Below are positions 22,373 through 32,130 of a stretch of 45,797 nt of DNA, piece by piece (position 1 is the first letter of the stretch; every line of letters begins with the position of its first letter). Both the position numbers and the translations under genes were made by a program. Under the pieces are notes generated by a model that saw nothing but the letters and a program-made list of their open reading frames with translations, was not told where the DNA came from and searched no databases. The stretch is from Deinococcaceae bacterium (GTDB taxonomy: Bacteria > Deinococcota > Deinococci > Deinococcales > Trueperaceae): contig JBDZWC010000006.1 of NCBI GenBank assembly GCA_040256005.1, positions 1 through 45,797 of the forward strand. Reading direction: 5' to 3'.

Positions 22373-24100
22373 CTACTCCAGCGCCTCGACCTCGCCGCGG
22401 AGGCTGGCCAGGCGCACGGCTATCTCGTCCAGCTGCTCGCCCAGCGCCTCGAGGCGCTCGAGCTCCGAGCGCACGAAGCGCGTGTACGGGCTGATGGCGC
22501 CGGAGAGCTTCTCCTGCGACCGAGCCAGCTCGTCCTCGAACTGGCCCGTGATGCCCTCGATCAACGTGCCCTCGAGCTGGCGCATGCGCTCGTCAAGCTC
22601 GCGTTTCGCCTTCGCCCGCTGCCTGGGCAGCACCAGCAGGCCGACGCTGACGAGAGTGAGCCCCAGGGCGATGCCGGTGACGTCGAGCGCCGCCGTGGAG
22701 ATGAACGCCAGCACGGCAGCGGAGAGGCCGATGCCTGTGACGTTGAACAGGCCGGTGCGGAACACGGCCTGCTGCAGGTCGTCCGCCAGCCGCCTGGCCT
22801 CGGCGTCGTCGTCGTACGTCGCCAGCGCGTCCTCGGCGCGCTCGCCGAGAGAGCGCACCAGCGCCCGCCTGTCGTACTGGAAGCGACCGCCTACCTCCCC
22901 GATGACCCGCTGTTCCGACGCCGAGGCTCGCTCGTTGACGAACCGCATGACGTCCTCCCAGAACTGGAGGTTGCGCTGGATGAACCAGTCGACGAGGTCG
23001 GAGACGGCGCGGTCGATGCGGGTGTCGGTGTCCCTGATGACCTCGCGCTCGAAGTCGGCCTGGACCTGCTTCGTGTTGAGCAGCTTGGGGATGCGGCGGA
23101 ACCTGATCGTGTCGTCGAAGAAGTCGTGCCCGCGCTGCCTGACGTCCCGCACGATGTCTTTGACGCGGATCGCGTGCGTCTCGAACTCGCGCCGCATGTC
23201 CTTCTCGAACTGCGCGCGCTGGCGCTCGATCTCGTCGAGGCTCCCGCTGTCGTCGGTGAGGAGCGCCAGCCTGGCGGCTAGCTGGTCCTGGTACACGGTG
23301 ACGGTGCGCTCGGCGACGCCGAGGGGGGAGAGCAGCTTGAGCCGGGGACGCTCGGCGCTGAGCCGCTCGGAGACGGCCCTCGCCAGACCTGGTACGCCCG
23401 AAGCCTCCAGGCCGTCCAGGTCCCCCTCTTGGCGCGCCCTCTCCGCCGTCTTGGCGCTGACGAGGTGCACGTCCGGCGTCACCCTGAGGGTCTCGCGAGC
23501 GTGGTCCCTGACGTAGCGCTCCACCTCGGCCCGCTGCTCGACGGTCTCGAGGATGTCGACCTTGTTGACGACCATGATGACCTTGCGGCCCCAAGAGGCG
23601 ATCAGCTCGAGGAAGCGCCTCTCGCTTTCCGTGAACGGCCGGTCGGCCGAGGTGACGAACAACAGCAGGTCGGCCCTGGGCACGAACCGTTCCGTGAGCT
23701 CCTGGTGCCGCTGGACGATCGCGTTCGTGCCGGGCGTGTCTACCAGTGCGATGTCGGTGAGCAGCGGTGCGGGATGCGTTCTGTGGACGACCGCAGCGCC
23801 TTCCTGTCTCTCGGTGGGCCGTTCGCCATGGGTGACCACCGTGATGCGGTCGGTCGTGGGCGTGACACCCTCCGGCATCACGTGCTCACCGAGCAGGGCG
23901 TTGAGCAGGCTGGACTTGCCGGCGTTGAACTCGCCGGCCACGACGATCATGAACAGCCCGTCCAGGTCAGCGAGGGCGGTCCGAACGTCGGAGAGGTGTT
24001 CGTCGTCTGCCCCGAGGCGGCCGAGAAGCACCTGGAGGTCCGTGATGGCCTCCCGCTCGCGAGCGGCGAGCTCGCGGAACGCCTCGGGGATCTCCAACAT
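22373..24100 (-). CDS. Bacterial dynamin-like (mitofusin/FZL-like) GTPase
   Basis: G1 GEFNAGKSS, G2 PTT, G3 DTPG, G4 NKVD; helical stalk and a two-helix hydrophobic paddle near the C-terminus; start ATG 24100. Confidence 0.9.
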   Translation of the reverse strand: MLEIPEAFRELAAREREAITDLQVLLGRLGADDEHLSDVRTALADLDGLFMIVVAGEFNAGKSSLLNALLGEHVMPEGVTPTTDRITVVTHGERPTERQEGAAVVHRTHPAPLLTDIALVDTPGTNAIVQRHQELTERFVPRADLLLFVTSADRPFTESERRFLELIASWGRKVIMVVNKVDILETVEQRAEVERYVRDHARETLRVTPDVHLVSAKTAERARQEGDLDGLEASGVPGLARAVSERLSAERPRLKLLSPLGVAERTVTVYQDQLAARLALLTDDSGSLDEIERQRAQFEKDMRREFETHAIRVKDIVRDVRQRGHDFFDDTIRFRRIPKLLNTKQVQADFEREVIRDTDTRIDRAVSDLVDWFIQRNLQFWEDVMRFVNERASASEQRVIGEVGGRFQYDRRALVRSLGERAEDALATYDDDAEARRLADDLQQAVFRTGLFNVTGIGLSAAVLAFISTAALDVTGIALGLTLVSVGLLVLPRQRAKAKRELDERMRQLEGTLIEGITGQFEDELARSQEKLSGAISPYTRFVRSELERLEALGEQLDEIAVRLASLRGEVEALE

Positions 24101-24171
24101 CGATGGAAGATACCACTCCGGCCAGGAACGCCGTCCTGGCCGCAATGCAGTGGGCGGTTAGACTGCCGGTC

Positions 24172-24663
24172 ATGCCAGCCGTATCGCCCCTCGGCGAGGA
24201 GGACCTGATGGCCTTCTGCGCGCTCAACCAGATAGAGGCCAAGCTGCATCGCTTGTCGGTCGACACGCCGACCGTGCCCGCCGCCGCGGCTGCCGTGGGA
24301 ACCGCACCGGAACGGATCGTCAAGAGCCTCGTCTTCCTCGCCGACGGTGAGCCGCTCCTGGTGATCGCCGCGGGCGAAAGCCGCATCTCGTATCCGCTGC
24401 TGGCCGGCGCGCTCAGCGTCAGCCGCAAACGGCTGCGGTTCGCTTCACCCGACGAGGCCTTGCTGATAACCGGCTACCGCGTGGGGGCGATGCCGCCCTT
24501 CGGCCACAGGGTCCAGCTGCCCACCTGGCTCGACGCCAACACCGTGCCCGCAACCGGCACCGTCTTCGCCGGCGGTGGCGGCCTGAACGCCCTGCTGGAG
24601 CTCGACGCCAGCGACCTGGACGACGTCACGTCGGCCGGGCGCACGGAGTTGACGCGGCCCTAG
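24172..24663 (+). CDS. YbaK/EbsC family aminoacyl-tRNA editing protein
   Basis: IVKSLVF, TGYRVGAMPPFG, GGG motif; start ATG 24172. Confidence 0.88.
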   Translation: MPAVSPLGEEDLMAFCALNQIEAKLHRLSVDTPTVPAAAAAVGTAPERIVKSLVFLADGEPLLVIAAGESRISYPLLAGALSVSRKRLRFASPDEALLITGYRVGAMPPFGHRVQLPTWLDANTVPATGTVFAGGGGLNALLELDASDLDDVTSAGRTELTRP

Positions 24664-24787
24664 GGTCATCGCCTCCCACGCGATTCAGAACCTCAGTCGA
24701 TCTCCCCAATCACCTGCGTTTCAGCGGGTTAAGCGGCGTTCACCTGTCAGGTTTTGTGTGGGAAGCGGGGTGCCCATAGACTGCGGC

Positions 24788-25861
24788 ATGCGTTCGCACG
24801 ATCCCGCCGCTTCGGCTCCTGGGTCGCGGCTCCTCGCCGCGGCTTTGCCTGTACTGCTCTCGCTGGCCGCGGTGGCGTCCGCGCAGATCGGCTACGCCCC
24901 GGACACGATCGTCGACCAACTGGCCGACTACTCGGTCTCGCCGGCCGACGCTGGGTTCGTGTCCGCCTCCGGGTTCAGCTTCGACGTCGCGGAGTCCTTG
25001 AACACGGCGGTCGCCGTCATGGGAGAAGGGGCCCTCACCGACGCCAACGCGAGGTTCATCGGCGCGCTGATCGGCGCCGCGAGCGGCTACGGTCCGGACA
25101 TCGCCGCGCCGGTGACGGACTTCTTCAGGAGCCGGTCGGCCGAGATGGTGGACCGGGGCGAGGTCGCCGTCCAGGTGCAGGAGTACCTGATGTACGTGAC
25201 CGTCTCGGAAGGAGAGCCGCGATCCGTGTCCATGAGGTTCGAGCCGCAGGCCGTGCCTGCCGACACCTTCGGCGCGCCGGCGCACACGCTCGGTCCCGCG
25301 GACGCGCGTCACGTGATCCGTGAGTTCACCGACCTTCAGTGCCCGTTCTGCGCCTCGTTCGCGCTCAACGGGCAACCGATCGTGGAGGAGCTGGTGGCGG
25401 GCGGGGAGGTGCGGTTCGAGGTGCACCACTTCCCGCTCAAGAGCATCCACCCCAACGCCACCGTGGCGGCCGAGGCCAGCGAGTGCGTGGCGGCGGAGGC
25501 GGCGGCCGGTGGGGACCAGGCCGGTGAGGACGCCTTCTGGGTCTTCACGGGCGCCCTCTACGCCGAGCAGTCCCGTTGGGTCTCGTTGCCCGACCCGCTG
25601 CCGGTGTTCACGGCGATCGCGACCGAGCAGGGCCTGGGCACCGACGGCTTGGCGATGTGCATCCGCACCGGCCGATTCAGCGCCGACATCGAGGAGGCGT
25701 ACAGGCATGCCACCCAGGACATCGGCCTCACCGGGACGCCCAGCATCTTCGTGGACGGGCTCAAGGTGGGCGATTACCTCGACCGCGAGGAGTACGAGCG
25801 GTTGATGCGCCTCTCGCGGGCGCTCACAGCGGTGGGTGAGGACGGCGGGACGACAGAGTGA
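24788..25861 (+). CDS. Exported DsbA/thioredoxin-fold protein with an extra N-terminal domain
   Basis: Signal peptide, EFTDLQCPFCA (CxxC), HHFPL, cis-Pro loop GTPS. Confidence 0.85.
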   Translation: MRSHDPAASAPGSRLLAAALPVLLSLAAVASAQIGYAPDTIVDQLADYSVSPADAGFVSASGFSFDVAESLNTAVAVMGEGALTDANARFIGALIGAASGYGPDIAAPVTDFFRSRSAEMVDRGEVAVQVQEYLMYVTVSEGEPRSVSMRFEPQAVPADTFGAPAHTLGPADARHVIREFTDLQCPFCASFALNGQPIVEELVAGGEVRFEVHHFPLKSIHPNATVAAEASECVAAEAAAGGDQAGEDAFWVFTGALYAEQSRWVSLPDPLPVFTAIATEQGLGTDGLAMCIRTGRFSADIEEAYRHATQDIGLTGTPSIFVDGLKVGDYLDREEYERLMRLSRALTAVGEDGGTTE

Positions 25862-26043
25862 CGGTCAGGTGGCTTGGCCGCTGCCGGCTGGCGCTCCGCT
25901 GACCGGCGAAGAGTAGCGGCGCCGGGACCGGCGCTGTTCCTCGCCGTCGTGAGATAGTAGATTCATTAGAACCGTGCACCACGTCTCACGCTCGCCGCGC
26001 TCGGTGAGGTCGACGTGCGGGCGCAGCTCGAGAGGGGCGCTTG

Positions 26044-26754
26044 ATGACCGATACGAGTCAGTACCCGAGCCTTGTCTGGCATCTGAAGAACACCAAGCTG
26101 TTCCAGGACCTGACGCCGGACGAGCTCGAGAAGATCACTCGGATCACGCCATACAAGCGGTTCGAGGCAGGCGAGATCATCTACCACATGGAGGACCCCG
26201 CCGACGCGCTCTACTTCGTGCGCGACGGCATGGTGAAGATCTCCATGTACTTCCCGAACGGCAAGGAGATGATCCTCGGCCTGCTCGGCCAGTACGACAT
26301 CTTCGGCGAGCTGCTCCTGCTCGAGAGCGAGCGCAGGCCCAACCAGGCCGAAGCCGTGGTAGACACCACCCTCATCGTCATGCCGGAGCAGGAGTTCCAG
26401 CGCCTGCTGCAGCAACACCCGGCCATCGCCATGAAGTTCATCCAGGTCATGAGCACGCGCCTGTGGCAGGCCCAGCAGTGGCAGGCCGAGGTTGGCGCGT
26501 TCGATGCCCCCGGCAGGCTCGCCAACCTGTTGCTCAGGCTCGCTCAGGACTTCGGCGCCGACTCCGACCGTGGCACCGTCATCGACCTGAACCTCACCCA
26601 GCAGGACCTGGCGAAGATGATCGGCGCGACGCGCGAGACGGTGAGCCACTGCCTGGCGCGCCTGCTCGAGTACGGCGCCGTGCGGCGGCGCAGGGCGCCC
26701 ATCACCGTCAACGTCGACAAGCTGCAGCAGTTCCTTGACGAAGCCAGCGAGTGA
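26044..26754 (+). CDS. Crp/Fnr family transcriptional regulator
   Basis: cNMP-binding fold (LYFVRDGMVKI, FGE), HTH LTQQDLAKMIGATRETVSH; TTG 26041 is an alternative start. Confidence 0.95.
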   Translation: MTDTSQYPSLVWHLKNTKLFQDLTPDELEKITRITPYKRFEAGEIIYHMEDPADALYFVRDGMVKISMYFPNGKEMILGLLGQYDIFGELLLLESERRPNQAEAVVDTTLIVMPEQEFQRLLQQHPAIAMKFIQVMSTRLWQAQQWQAEVGAFDAPGRLANLLLRLAQDFGADSDRGTVIDLNLTQQDLAKMIGATRETVSHCLARLLEYGAVRRRRAPITVNVDKLQQFLDEASE

Positions 26755-26855
26755 GCCCCGTCCAGCGTCGACTGGCTAGATCAACCGGGCAACCGAGCGT
26801 GTCGGCAGGGCTCCGGAGTCGTCCGCTACCCCGTCTGTTCTACTGAACGCCGGCG

Positions 26856-28661
26856 TCACGACCGTGGCTCGATGTAGGTGATGAGCGTCCCTGAGTCTTC
26901 TCGCTCCGGGTCCGTGGCTTCCGAGACGACCCTGATCGACCCGTTCTGAGCGATGAACAGCGGCACGGCGCTCTCGCCGTGGGTCTGCATGAACTGAGCC
27001 AGCGTGTGCTCCGGCGACAGCTCGACCTCCACCATCTCCGCCCCGCTCGCGTGCAGGCGCTGCAGCCGCTGGAACGACAGGCCGCCGCGCGACAGCCACA
27101 GCCCGCGGTTCTCGCCGCCGAGGCGGTTGGTGTCCGAGGCGTGCTCCTTGGGAGCCAACTGGTAGACGGCGTCCTTGCCGAACTCGCGGCGGAACTTCAC
27201 GGCGGTGAGCGCGTTCGCCTCCTCGTTCTGGGTGAGCGCGATGAGGCGGCCGATCCCGGAGAGCCGCAGCTGGTCGTCACTGCGATCGGAGAGCAAGCTG
27301 CCGTAGTACGCCTGCAACCCCTCCTGCCGCGCCGCGGTGACGTTCGACGGGTTCGTGTCGGCGAGCAGGACCTGCAAGCCGCGGTCCTGTAAGAGCTTGC
27401 CGATCTCGCGCGCTACCGGGTGCGCTCCCAGCAGGACGAACCCCTGGGGATCGGGGTCGGCCACCCCCAGCCTGACGCCCAGAGGCTTGGCGGTGAGGCT
27501 CGCCAGTAGCACGGTGACGACGATGACGGCGAACACGAGGGGCACGATCGTGGCCGCGCCGTCTATGCCGTTCTCCAGCAGCCGTGCCGCCAGCAGCGAG
27601 GTGACGGAGGCTGCCACGATCCCCCTGGGGCCCACCCAGGCGATGAACAGCCGCTCCTTGAACCCCAGCTTCGATCCCAGGCTGGACAGGAAGACGTCGA
27701 GCGGCCTCAGCACGAACACGACGATCGCGACGAGCGCTAGCGTCTGCCAGGTGATCGCCGCCATCACGGCGTTCGGGGTCACGTTCGCGGCCAGGACTAT
27801 GAACAGGACGCTGACCATGAGCACGGTCAGGTCCTCCTTGAACGTCAGCAGCGAGTCGAGGTTCGGCACGCCCGAGTTCGCGACGATGATGCCCATGACC
27901 ACGGCGGCCAACAGCCCGGCTTCGGCGGAGAAGTAGTTCGCCAGCTCGAAGGTGGCGAACAGCATGGCGAGGGCCGTCACGTTGATCAGGTAGTCGGGGA
28001 TCACCCTGCGCTTCAGGAGCAGGGCCAGTGCCGCGCCGCCGGCCGAGCCGACGACGGCCCCCACGAGTAGGAAGCGCCCGAGGAGCAGCGCGACGATGCC
28101 CAGCGGCTCGCCGGCCGAGCGCAGCACCAGCGACTCGTAGACGAGGACGGCGACCAGGGCGCCCACGGCGTCGATGACGATGCCTTCCCACTTGAGGACG
28201 TTCGCCACGTCGGCAACCGGACGCACGATCCGCAGTAGCGGCCCGATCACCGTTGGCCCGGTCACCATCACCAGGGCGCCGAAGAGCAGGGCGATGTGCG
28301 GCTCGATACCCAGGATCAGGTTGGCCGCCAAGGCAGACCCGAGCCACGTGACGGCGGCGCCCCAGGTGACCAGGTTCAGGACTACCCGCTTCGTCTCGCG
28401 TATCTGCGAGAACCTCAGCGTGAGCCCGCCCTCGAAGAGGATGAGCCCGACCGCCAGGGATACGAGCGGGAAGAAGAGCTCGGCTGGGAAGATCCCGACG
28501 GGCCTCAGCAGGCCGAAGACCGGCCCGGCGAGGAAACCGGCAGCCAGGAGCGGGAGGATCGCAGGCACTCGCCAGCGCCACGCGAGCCACTGGGCGGCGA
28601 CGCCGAGGGCGACGATGACGGCCACAGCGAGGCCGGGGTGGGACGCGAGCAGATCTTGCAC
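26856..28661 (-). CDS. CPA1/NhaP-type cation:proton antiporter with C-terminal TrkA-N (RCK)-like domain
   Basis: About 12 TM segments, ILFEGG, TGPTVIGP, EGIVID, GPRGIVAAS; GTG 28661 taken as start. Confidence 0.9.
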   Translation of the reverse strand: MQDLLASHPGLAVAVIVALGVAAQWLAWRWRVPAILPLLAAGFLAGPVFGLLRPVGIFPAELFFPLVSLAVGLILFEGGLTLRFSQIRETKRVVLNLVTWGAAVTWLGSALAANLILGIEPHIALLFGALVMVTGPTVIGPLLRIVRPVADVANVLKWEGIVIDAVGALVAVLVYESLVLRSAGEPLGIVALLLGRFLLVGAVVGSAGGAALALLLKRRVIPDYLINVTALAMLFATFELANYFSAEAGLLAAVVMGIIVANSGVPNLDSLLTFKEDLTVLMVSVLFIVLAANVTPNAVMAAITWQTLALVAIVVFVLRPLDVFLSSLGSKLGFKERLFIAWVGPRGIVAASVTSLLAARLLENGIDGAATIVPLVFAVIVVTVLLASLTAKPLGVRLGVADPDPQGFVLLGAHPVAREIGKLLQDRGLQVLLADTNPSNVTAARQEGLQAYYGSLLSDRSDDQLRLSGIGRLIALTQNEEANALTAVKFRREFGKDAVYQLAPKEHASDTNRLGGENRGLWLSRGGLSFQRLQRLHASGAEMVEVELSPEHTLAQFMQTHGESAVPLFIAQNGSIRVVSEATDPEREDSGTLITYIEPRS

Positions 28662-28747
28662 CGTGACAGTGTGCCATCCGGTCACGGGTCGCGGCACCTC
28701 CCGCGGCTGCCGACGGGGACGAAGCCGCGTGATAGCCTGCCAAGCTC

Positions 28748-29071
28748 ATGGACCCCTTGCGGCCGAGGGCAGAGCGGCGTTACCTCGTCAAGACCGGCGA
28801 CGGCGACGTCGTCGTGGTGGTGAACCCGGCCGCCGGCGGTCTCGATGACGACCTGTTCGAGCTGCGCAGCCCGGCTGCCGAGGAACTGGCCGGCATCACG
28901 ATGACGACACCGTTGACGGCCTTCAGCGCCAAGGCCGTCGACATCATCGAACTGCACGGCACGGAGAGCTTCGCCGGTAGCCCGCAGCTGCGGGAGATGT
29001 TGGTGCGGGAGAAGGCCACGGCGCTACTGCGCAGCATCGAGCGCTTCGCCAAGCGCGCCGACAGGCTCTAG
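28748..29071 (+). CDS. Hypothetical protein (107 aa)
   Basis: Fills the intergenic gap with normal codon bias; TAGCCT 9 nt upstream of the ATG. Confidence 0.7.
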   Translation: MDPLRPRAERRYLVKTGDGDVVVVVNPAAGGLDDDLFELRSPAAEELAGITMTTPLTAFSAKAVDIIELHGTESFAGSPQLREMLVREKATALLRSIERFAKRADRL

Positions 29072-29673
29072 TCTTCTTCCTCCTCCGCGTCCTCCTCGTC
29101 ATCGACGATGTCGCCCAGGCCGAGCAACAGCTCCTTGTAGAGGTCGAGAGAGAAGTCGCGGATGGCCGTCCGGGCGCTCTCGCCTCGCAGGTCGGAGGTA
29201 ACGCGTCTCTCGGCCACCGTCACGACGGCGGCCAGCAGGTCGTCGAACATGGGCCACGGTCCGTCGAACCCTTCGTCCTGTGTGGCGGCGACCGGTTCCT
29301 CCTCATCGGCCCGAGACCGGCCAGCGGCCGCAGCAGGCTCGACGGTGGTCTCCCCGGAGGGCTTCGCCTTAGCTGCCTTGCCGCCCTTGCCCTTCTTGTC
29401 GACGGCTCCTTTCGAGGACGCAGCGGCCTTCTTGCCTGTAGCTTTGTCGGTCGGTTGGCGGGCTTCTAGAGCTGCCAGCGCCTCCTCGGCCGCGTACGTC
29501 TCGGCGGTGCGCTTCGTGCCTCCCTGGCCCGTGCCCAGCACCTCACCATCGATGAGCACGTCCGACAGGAACCGGGGTTCGTGCTCCGGACCGGTCTGTT
29601 CGGTGCGGAACTCGGGCTTTGGCAGGCCCAGCTTCTGTGCCCGCTCGATCAGGACGCCCTTCGGATGCGACAT
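29068..29673 (-). CDS. Stand-alone double-stranded RNA-binding domain (dsRBD) protein
   Basis: HPKGVLIE...GPEHEPRF...[20 protein letters not shown] is a dsRBM; no RNase III catalytic domain; GGAGG RBS. Confidence 0.88.
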   Translation of the reverse strand: MSHPKGVLIERAQKLGLPKPEFRTEQTGPEHEPRFLSDVLIDGEVLGTGQGGTKRTAETYAAEEALAALEARQPTDKATGKKAAASSKGAVDKKGKGGKAAKAKPSGETTVEPAAAAGRSRADEEEPVAATQDEGFDGPWPMFDDLLAAVVTVAERRVTSDLRGESARTAIRDFSLDLYKELLLGLGDIVDDEEDAEEEED

Positions 29674-29746
29674 GCGTCCTCCAATCTTCTCTCCAGAGAT
29701 GGCCGGCGCGCCGCTTCTCGTCCAAAGCTGGGCTTCGCCGCCTATG

Positions 29747-29847
29747 GCAACTGCCGGGCACCTCGTGACGACCAGGCCTCCGGCCTGGTGAGGCGGTTCG
29801 GGGGCATGGCCGGTGCGACGTGCCCGGCAGCTGCGCCCGTCAGGGTA
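29747..29847 (-). promoter_or_regulatory. Candidate -10 (TACCCT, 29847-29842) and structured 5' UTR of the dsRBD gene
   Basis: Perfect 11-bp inverted repeat 29751-29761/29820-29830 (15 bp with one G-U on the minus strand) enclosing an 8-bp hairpin 29771-29789. Confidence 0.55.
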
Positions 29848-29883
29848 TCACCGGGCTCGAGCGGTACGGGTACAGTGGGGTGC

Positions 29884-30552
29884 ATGACGCGGATCCTGCT
29901 TTGCGACGACCATGCCATGTTCAGGCAGGGCCTCCGCGGGATCCTCGAGACGGAAGAGGGTTTCAGGGTCACCGGCGAGGCTTCCACCGGCCGGGAGGCC
30001 ATACGGCACGCCCTGGAGACCAGGCCCGACGTCATCCTGATGGACATCCAGATGCCCGAGATGGATGGCGTGGCCGCCACCAAGGCGATCCTGGCCGAGC
30101 AGCCCGACGCCAAGGTCATCGTCCTGACCATGTACCGCCAGGACCGCTACGTGTTCGAGGCCATCAAGGTGGGCGCCCGCGGCTACATGCTCAAAGACTC
30201 CGGCGCCGACGAGCTGATCGAGGCCATCCGACGCGTGGCAGCCGGCGAGACCCTACTGAACGCGGAGATGGCAGCGGAGATACTGGCCGAGTTCCGCAAG
30301 TACGGCGAGCTGCCTCCGCACCCCGAGCACGAGCTGAGCGAGCTGACCGAGCGCGAGGAGGAGATCCTCAGGCACCTCGCCCAAGGCGCCACCAACCAGG
30401 AGATCGCGACCCGTCTGGGGGTCAGCGAGAAGACCGTCCGGAACCGCCTGACGGAGATCTTCTCGAAGCTCCGCCTCAACAACCGCACACAAGCCGCGCT
30501 CTACGCGCTCAGGGAGGGCATCGCCACGTTGCAAGACGGCGGCGAGGCGTGA
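29884..30552 (+). CDS. NarL/LuxR family response regulator
   Basis: [12 protein letters not shown] (phospho-Asp), GYMLK, Lux[13 protein letters not shown]...KTVRN; no sensor kinase adjacent. Confidence 0.95.
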   Translation: MTRILLCDDHAMFRQGLRGILETEEGFRVTGEASTGREAIRHALETRPDVILMDIQMPEMDGVAATKAILAEQPDAKVIVLTMYRQDRYVFEAIKVGARGYMLKDSGADELIEAIRRVAAGETLLNAEMAAEILAEFRKYGELPPHPEHELSELTEREEEILRHLAQGATNQEIATRLGVSEKTVRNRLTEIFSKLRLNNRTQAALYALREGIATLQDGGEA

Positions 30553-31667
30553 GCGAGCTGCCGGCGCCCGGCCCAGCCCAGGTGCCGGTCGCGCCGGAGC
30601 CGGCGTACGAGCGTCTCGTCGACCTCGTCGTACAGATCGCTCAGACGCCTTCTCCTACGTTCGAGGAGGACGACCGGGCCGCGCTGGTATCGCGGCTCTG
30701 GCGCGACGCCGGGCTGGTGCCGGAGCTCGACGGCGTAGGCAACGTCGTGGCGACGGTGCCGGGCGGGCAAGGCGAGACCGTGCTGGTCGCGGCCCACTTG
30801 GACAGCGTGTTCCCCCGAGGCACCGACGTGAAGGTGCGCCGGGAAGGCGATCGCCTGCTCGGGCCGGGGGTCGGGGACAACGCGGCCAGCCTCGCCGTGC
30901 TCACCGCTTACCTGCAGGAACCGCCCGATCGTCGCCCCCGCCTCGTGGTCGCTGCCACGGTGGGGGAGGAGGGCGCGGGCGACCTGCGCGGCGCCCGGCG
31001 CGTGGTGGCGGACTGGGCGGGAGACATCCAACACTTCGTCGCGCTCGACGGGCATCTGGGCTCGATCTGCCACCAGGGTGTCGGTTCCCTGCGGCACGAG
31101 GTGACGATGACATCCGCCGGGGGCCACTCCTGGGGCGACTACCCCAGCCCCAGTGCCGTGCATGCTGTCGGCGGCGCCGTGTCCAGGCTGGCCCGGCTCT
31201 CTGTGCCCAAGGAGCCGCGCTCGAGCCTCAACGTGGGGCTCCTGTGGGGCGGCACCAGCGTGAACACGATCGCGGCCGAGGCCGGGTTCGCTCTCGACCT
31301 GCGCAGCGTGGATCAGCACACGCTCGACCTGCTGTGGGAAGCGAGCGAGAACGAGCTGCGGGCCGCGGCCGACGCCGAGGGCTGCGCGGTGCGGATCGAG
31401 AGGATCGGTGCACGGCCGGCGGGGACCAGCGACAACCAGCGACTCGTCGCGGCCGCGCGAGCGGCGCTGGAGGCGGCGGGCGTGAAGGCGTCGTTGGCCG
31501 CGGCCAGCACGGACGCCAACGCCGCGATGGCGGCCGGCATCAGCGCGATCTCCTTCGGGGCCTACCGCGGCGGCGGCGCTCACACGCTGGGCGAATGGGT
31601 CGAAGCCGCCTCGCTGCCCACCGGGCTGGCGGCGTTCCGGGACCTGCTGGAGCGACTCTCCGCCTGA
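30549..31667 (+). CDS. M20/M25/M40 family metallo-hydrolase
   Basis: AAHLD, GVGDN, GEEG, GGHSWG, STDAN, GAHT; GTGA overlap with the regulator stop. Confidence 0.88.
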   Translation: MSELPAPGPAQVPVAPEPAYERLVDLVVQIAQTPSPTFEEDDRAALVSRLWRDAGLVPELDGVGNVVATVPGGQGETVLVAAHLDSVFPRGTDVKVRREGDRLLGPGVGDNAASLAVLTAYLQEPPDRRPRLVVAATVGEEGAGDLRGARRVVADWAGDIQHFVALDGHLGSICHQGVGSLRHEVTMTSAGGHSWGDYPSPSAVHAVGGAVSRLARLSVPKEPRSSLNVGLLWGGTSVNTIAAEAGFALDLRSVDQHTLDLLWEASENELRAAADAEGCAVRIERIGARPAGTSDNQRLVAAARAALEAAGVKASLAAASTDANAAMAAGISAISFGAYRGGGAHTLGEWVEAASLPTGLAAFRDLLERLSA

Positions 31668-31686
31668 GCGCCGCCGCAGCGCGCCG

Positions 31687-32130
31687 TCAGCGGCCCTGCC
31701 TGCGCGCGCTCAACGCCAACCTGTCGACGATCTCGTTCTGCTCGTGCCCGGCGTGCCCCCGAGTCCACTCCCAGCTCACGTCGTGGAAGCTCGTGAGTTG
31801 CAGCAGTCGCTGCCACAGGTCCTGGTTCTTGACGGGCTGACGCCCGGCCGTGCGCCAGCCGTTGCGCTGCCAACGCGCGAGCCAGCCGTCCGTGAACGCC
31901 TTCTTGAGGTACTCGCTGTCGGTGACGATGGTGACCCGCGCCGGCTCGGCCAGGGCTTCCAGGGCCCGCACTGCCGCCGTGAGCTCCATGCGGTTGTTGG
32001 TGGTGCTCGGCTCGAAGCCGGACGCCTGCAGGCGCTGGTCGCCGGCTTCCACCAGGTAGGCCCAACCCCCCCGCCCCGACGTGGTGTCGCAGGAGCCGTC
32101 GGTGTACACGGTGACGGCGGGTGCGGTCAC
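31687..32130 (-). CDS. rnhA: Ribonuclease HI
   Basis: YTDGSC, TTNNRMEL, TDSEY, VKNQDLW, GHAGHEQNEIVDRLA. Confidence 0.97.
   Translation of the reverse strand: MTAPAVTVYTDGSCDTTSGRGGWAYLVEAGDQRLQASGFEPSTTNNRMELTAAVRALEALAEPARVTIVTDSEYLKKAFTDGWLARWQRNGWRTAGRQPVKNQDLWQRLLQLTSFHDVSWEWTRGHAGHEQNEIVDRLALSARRQGR

Noticed and set aside
20892..24100. Uma2 nuclease plus dynamin as an anti-phage defence island
   Set aside because: They are separated by pheA, embedded among housekeeping genes, with no visible compositional shift or mobility genes
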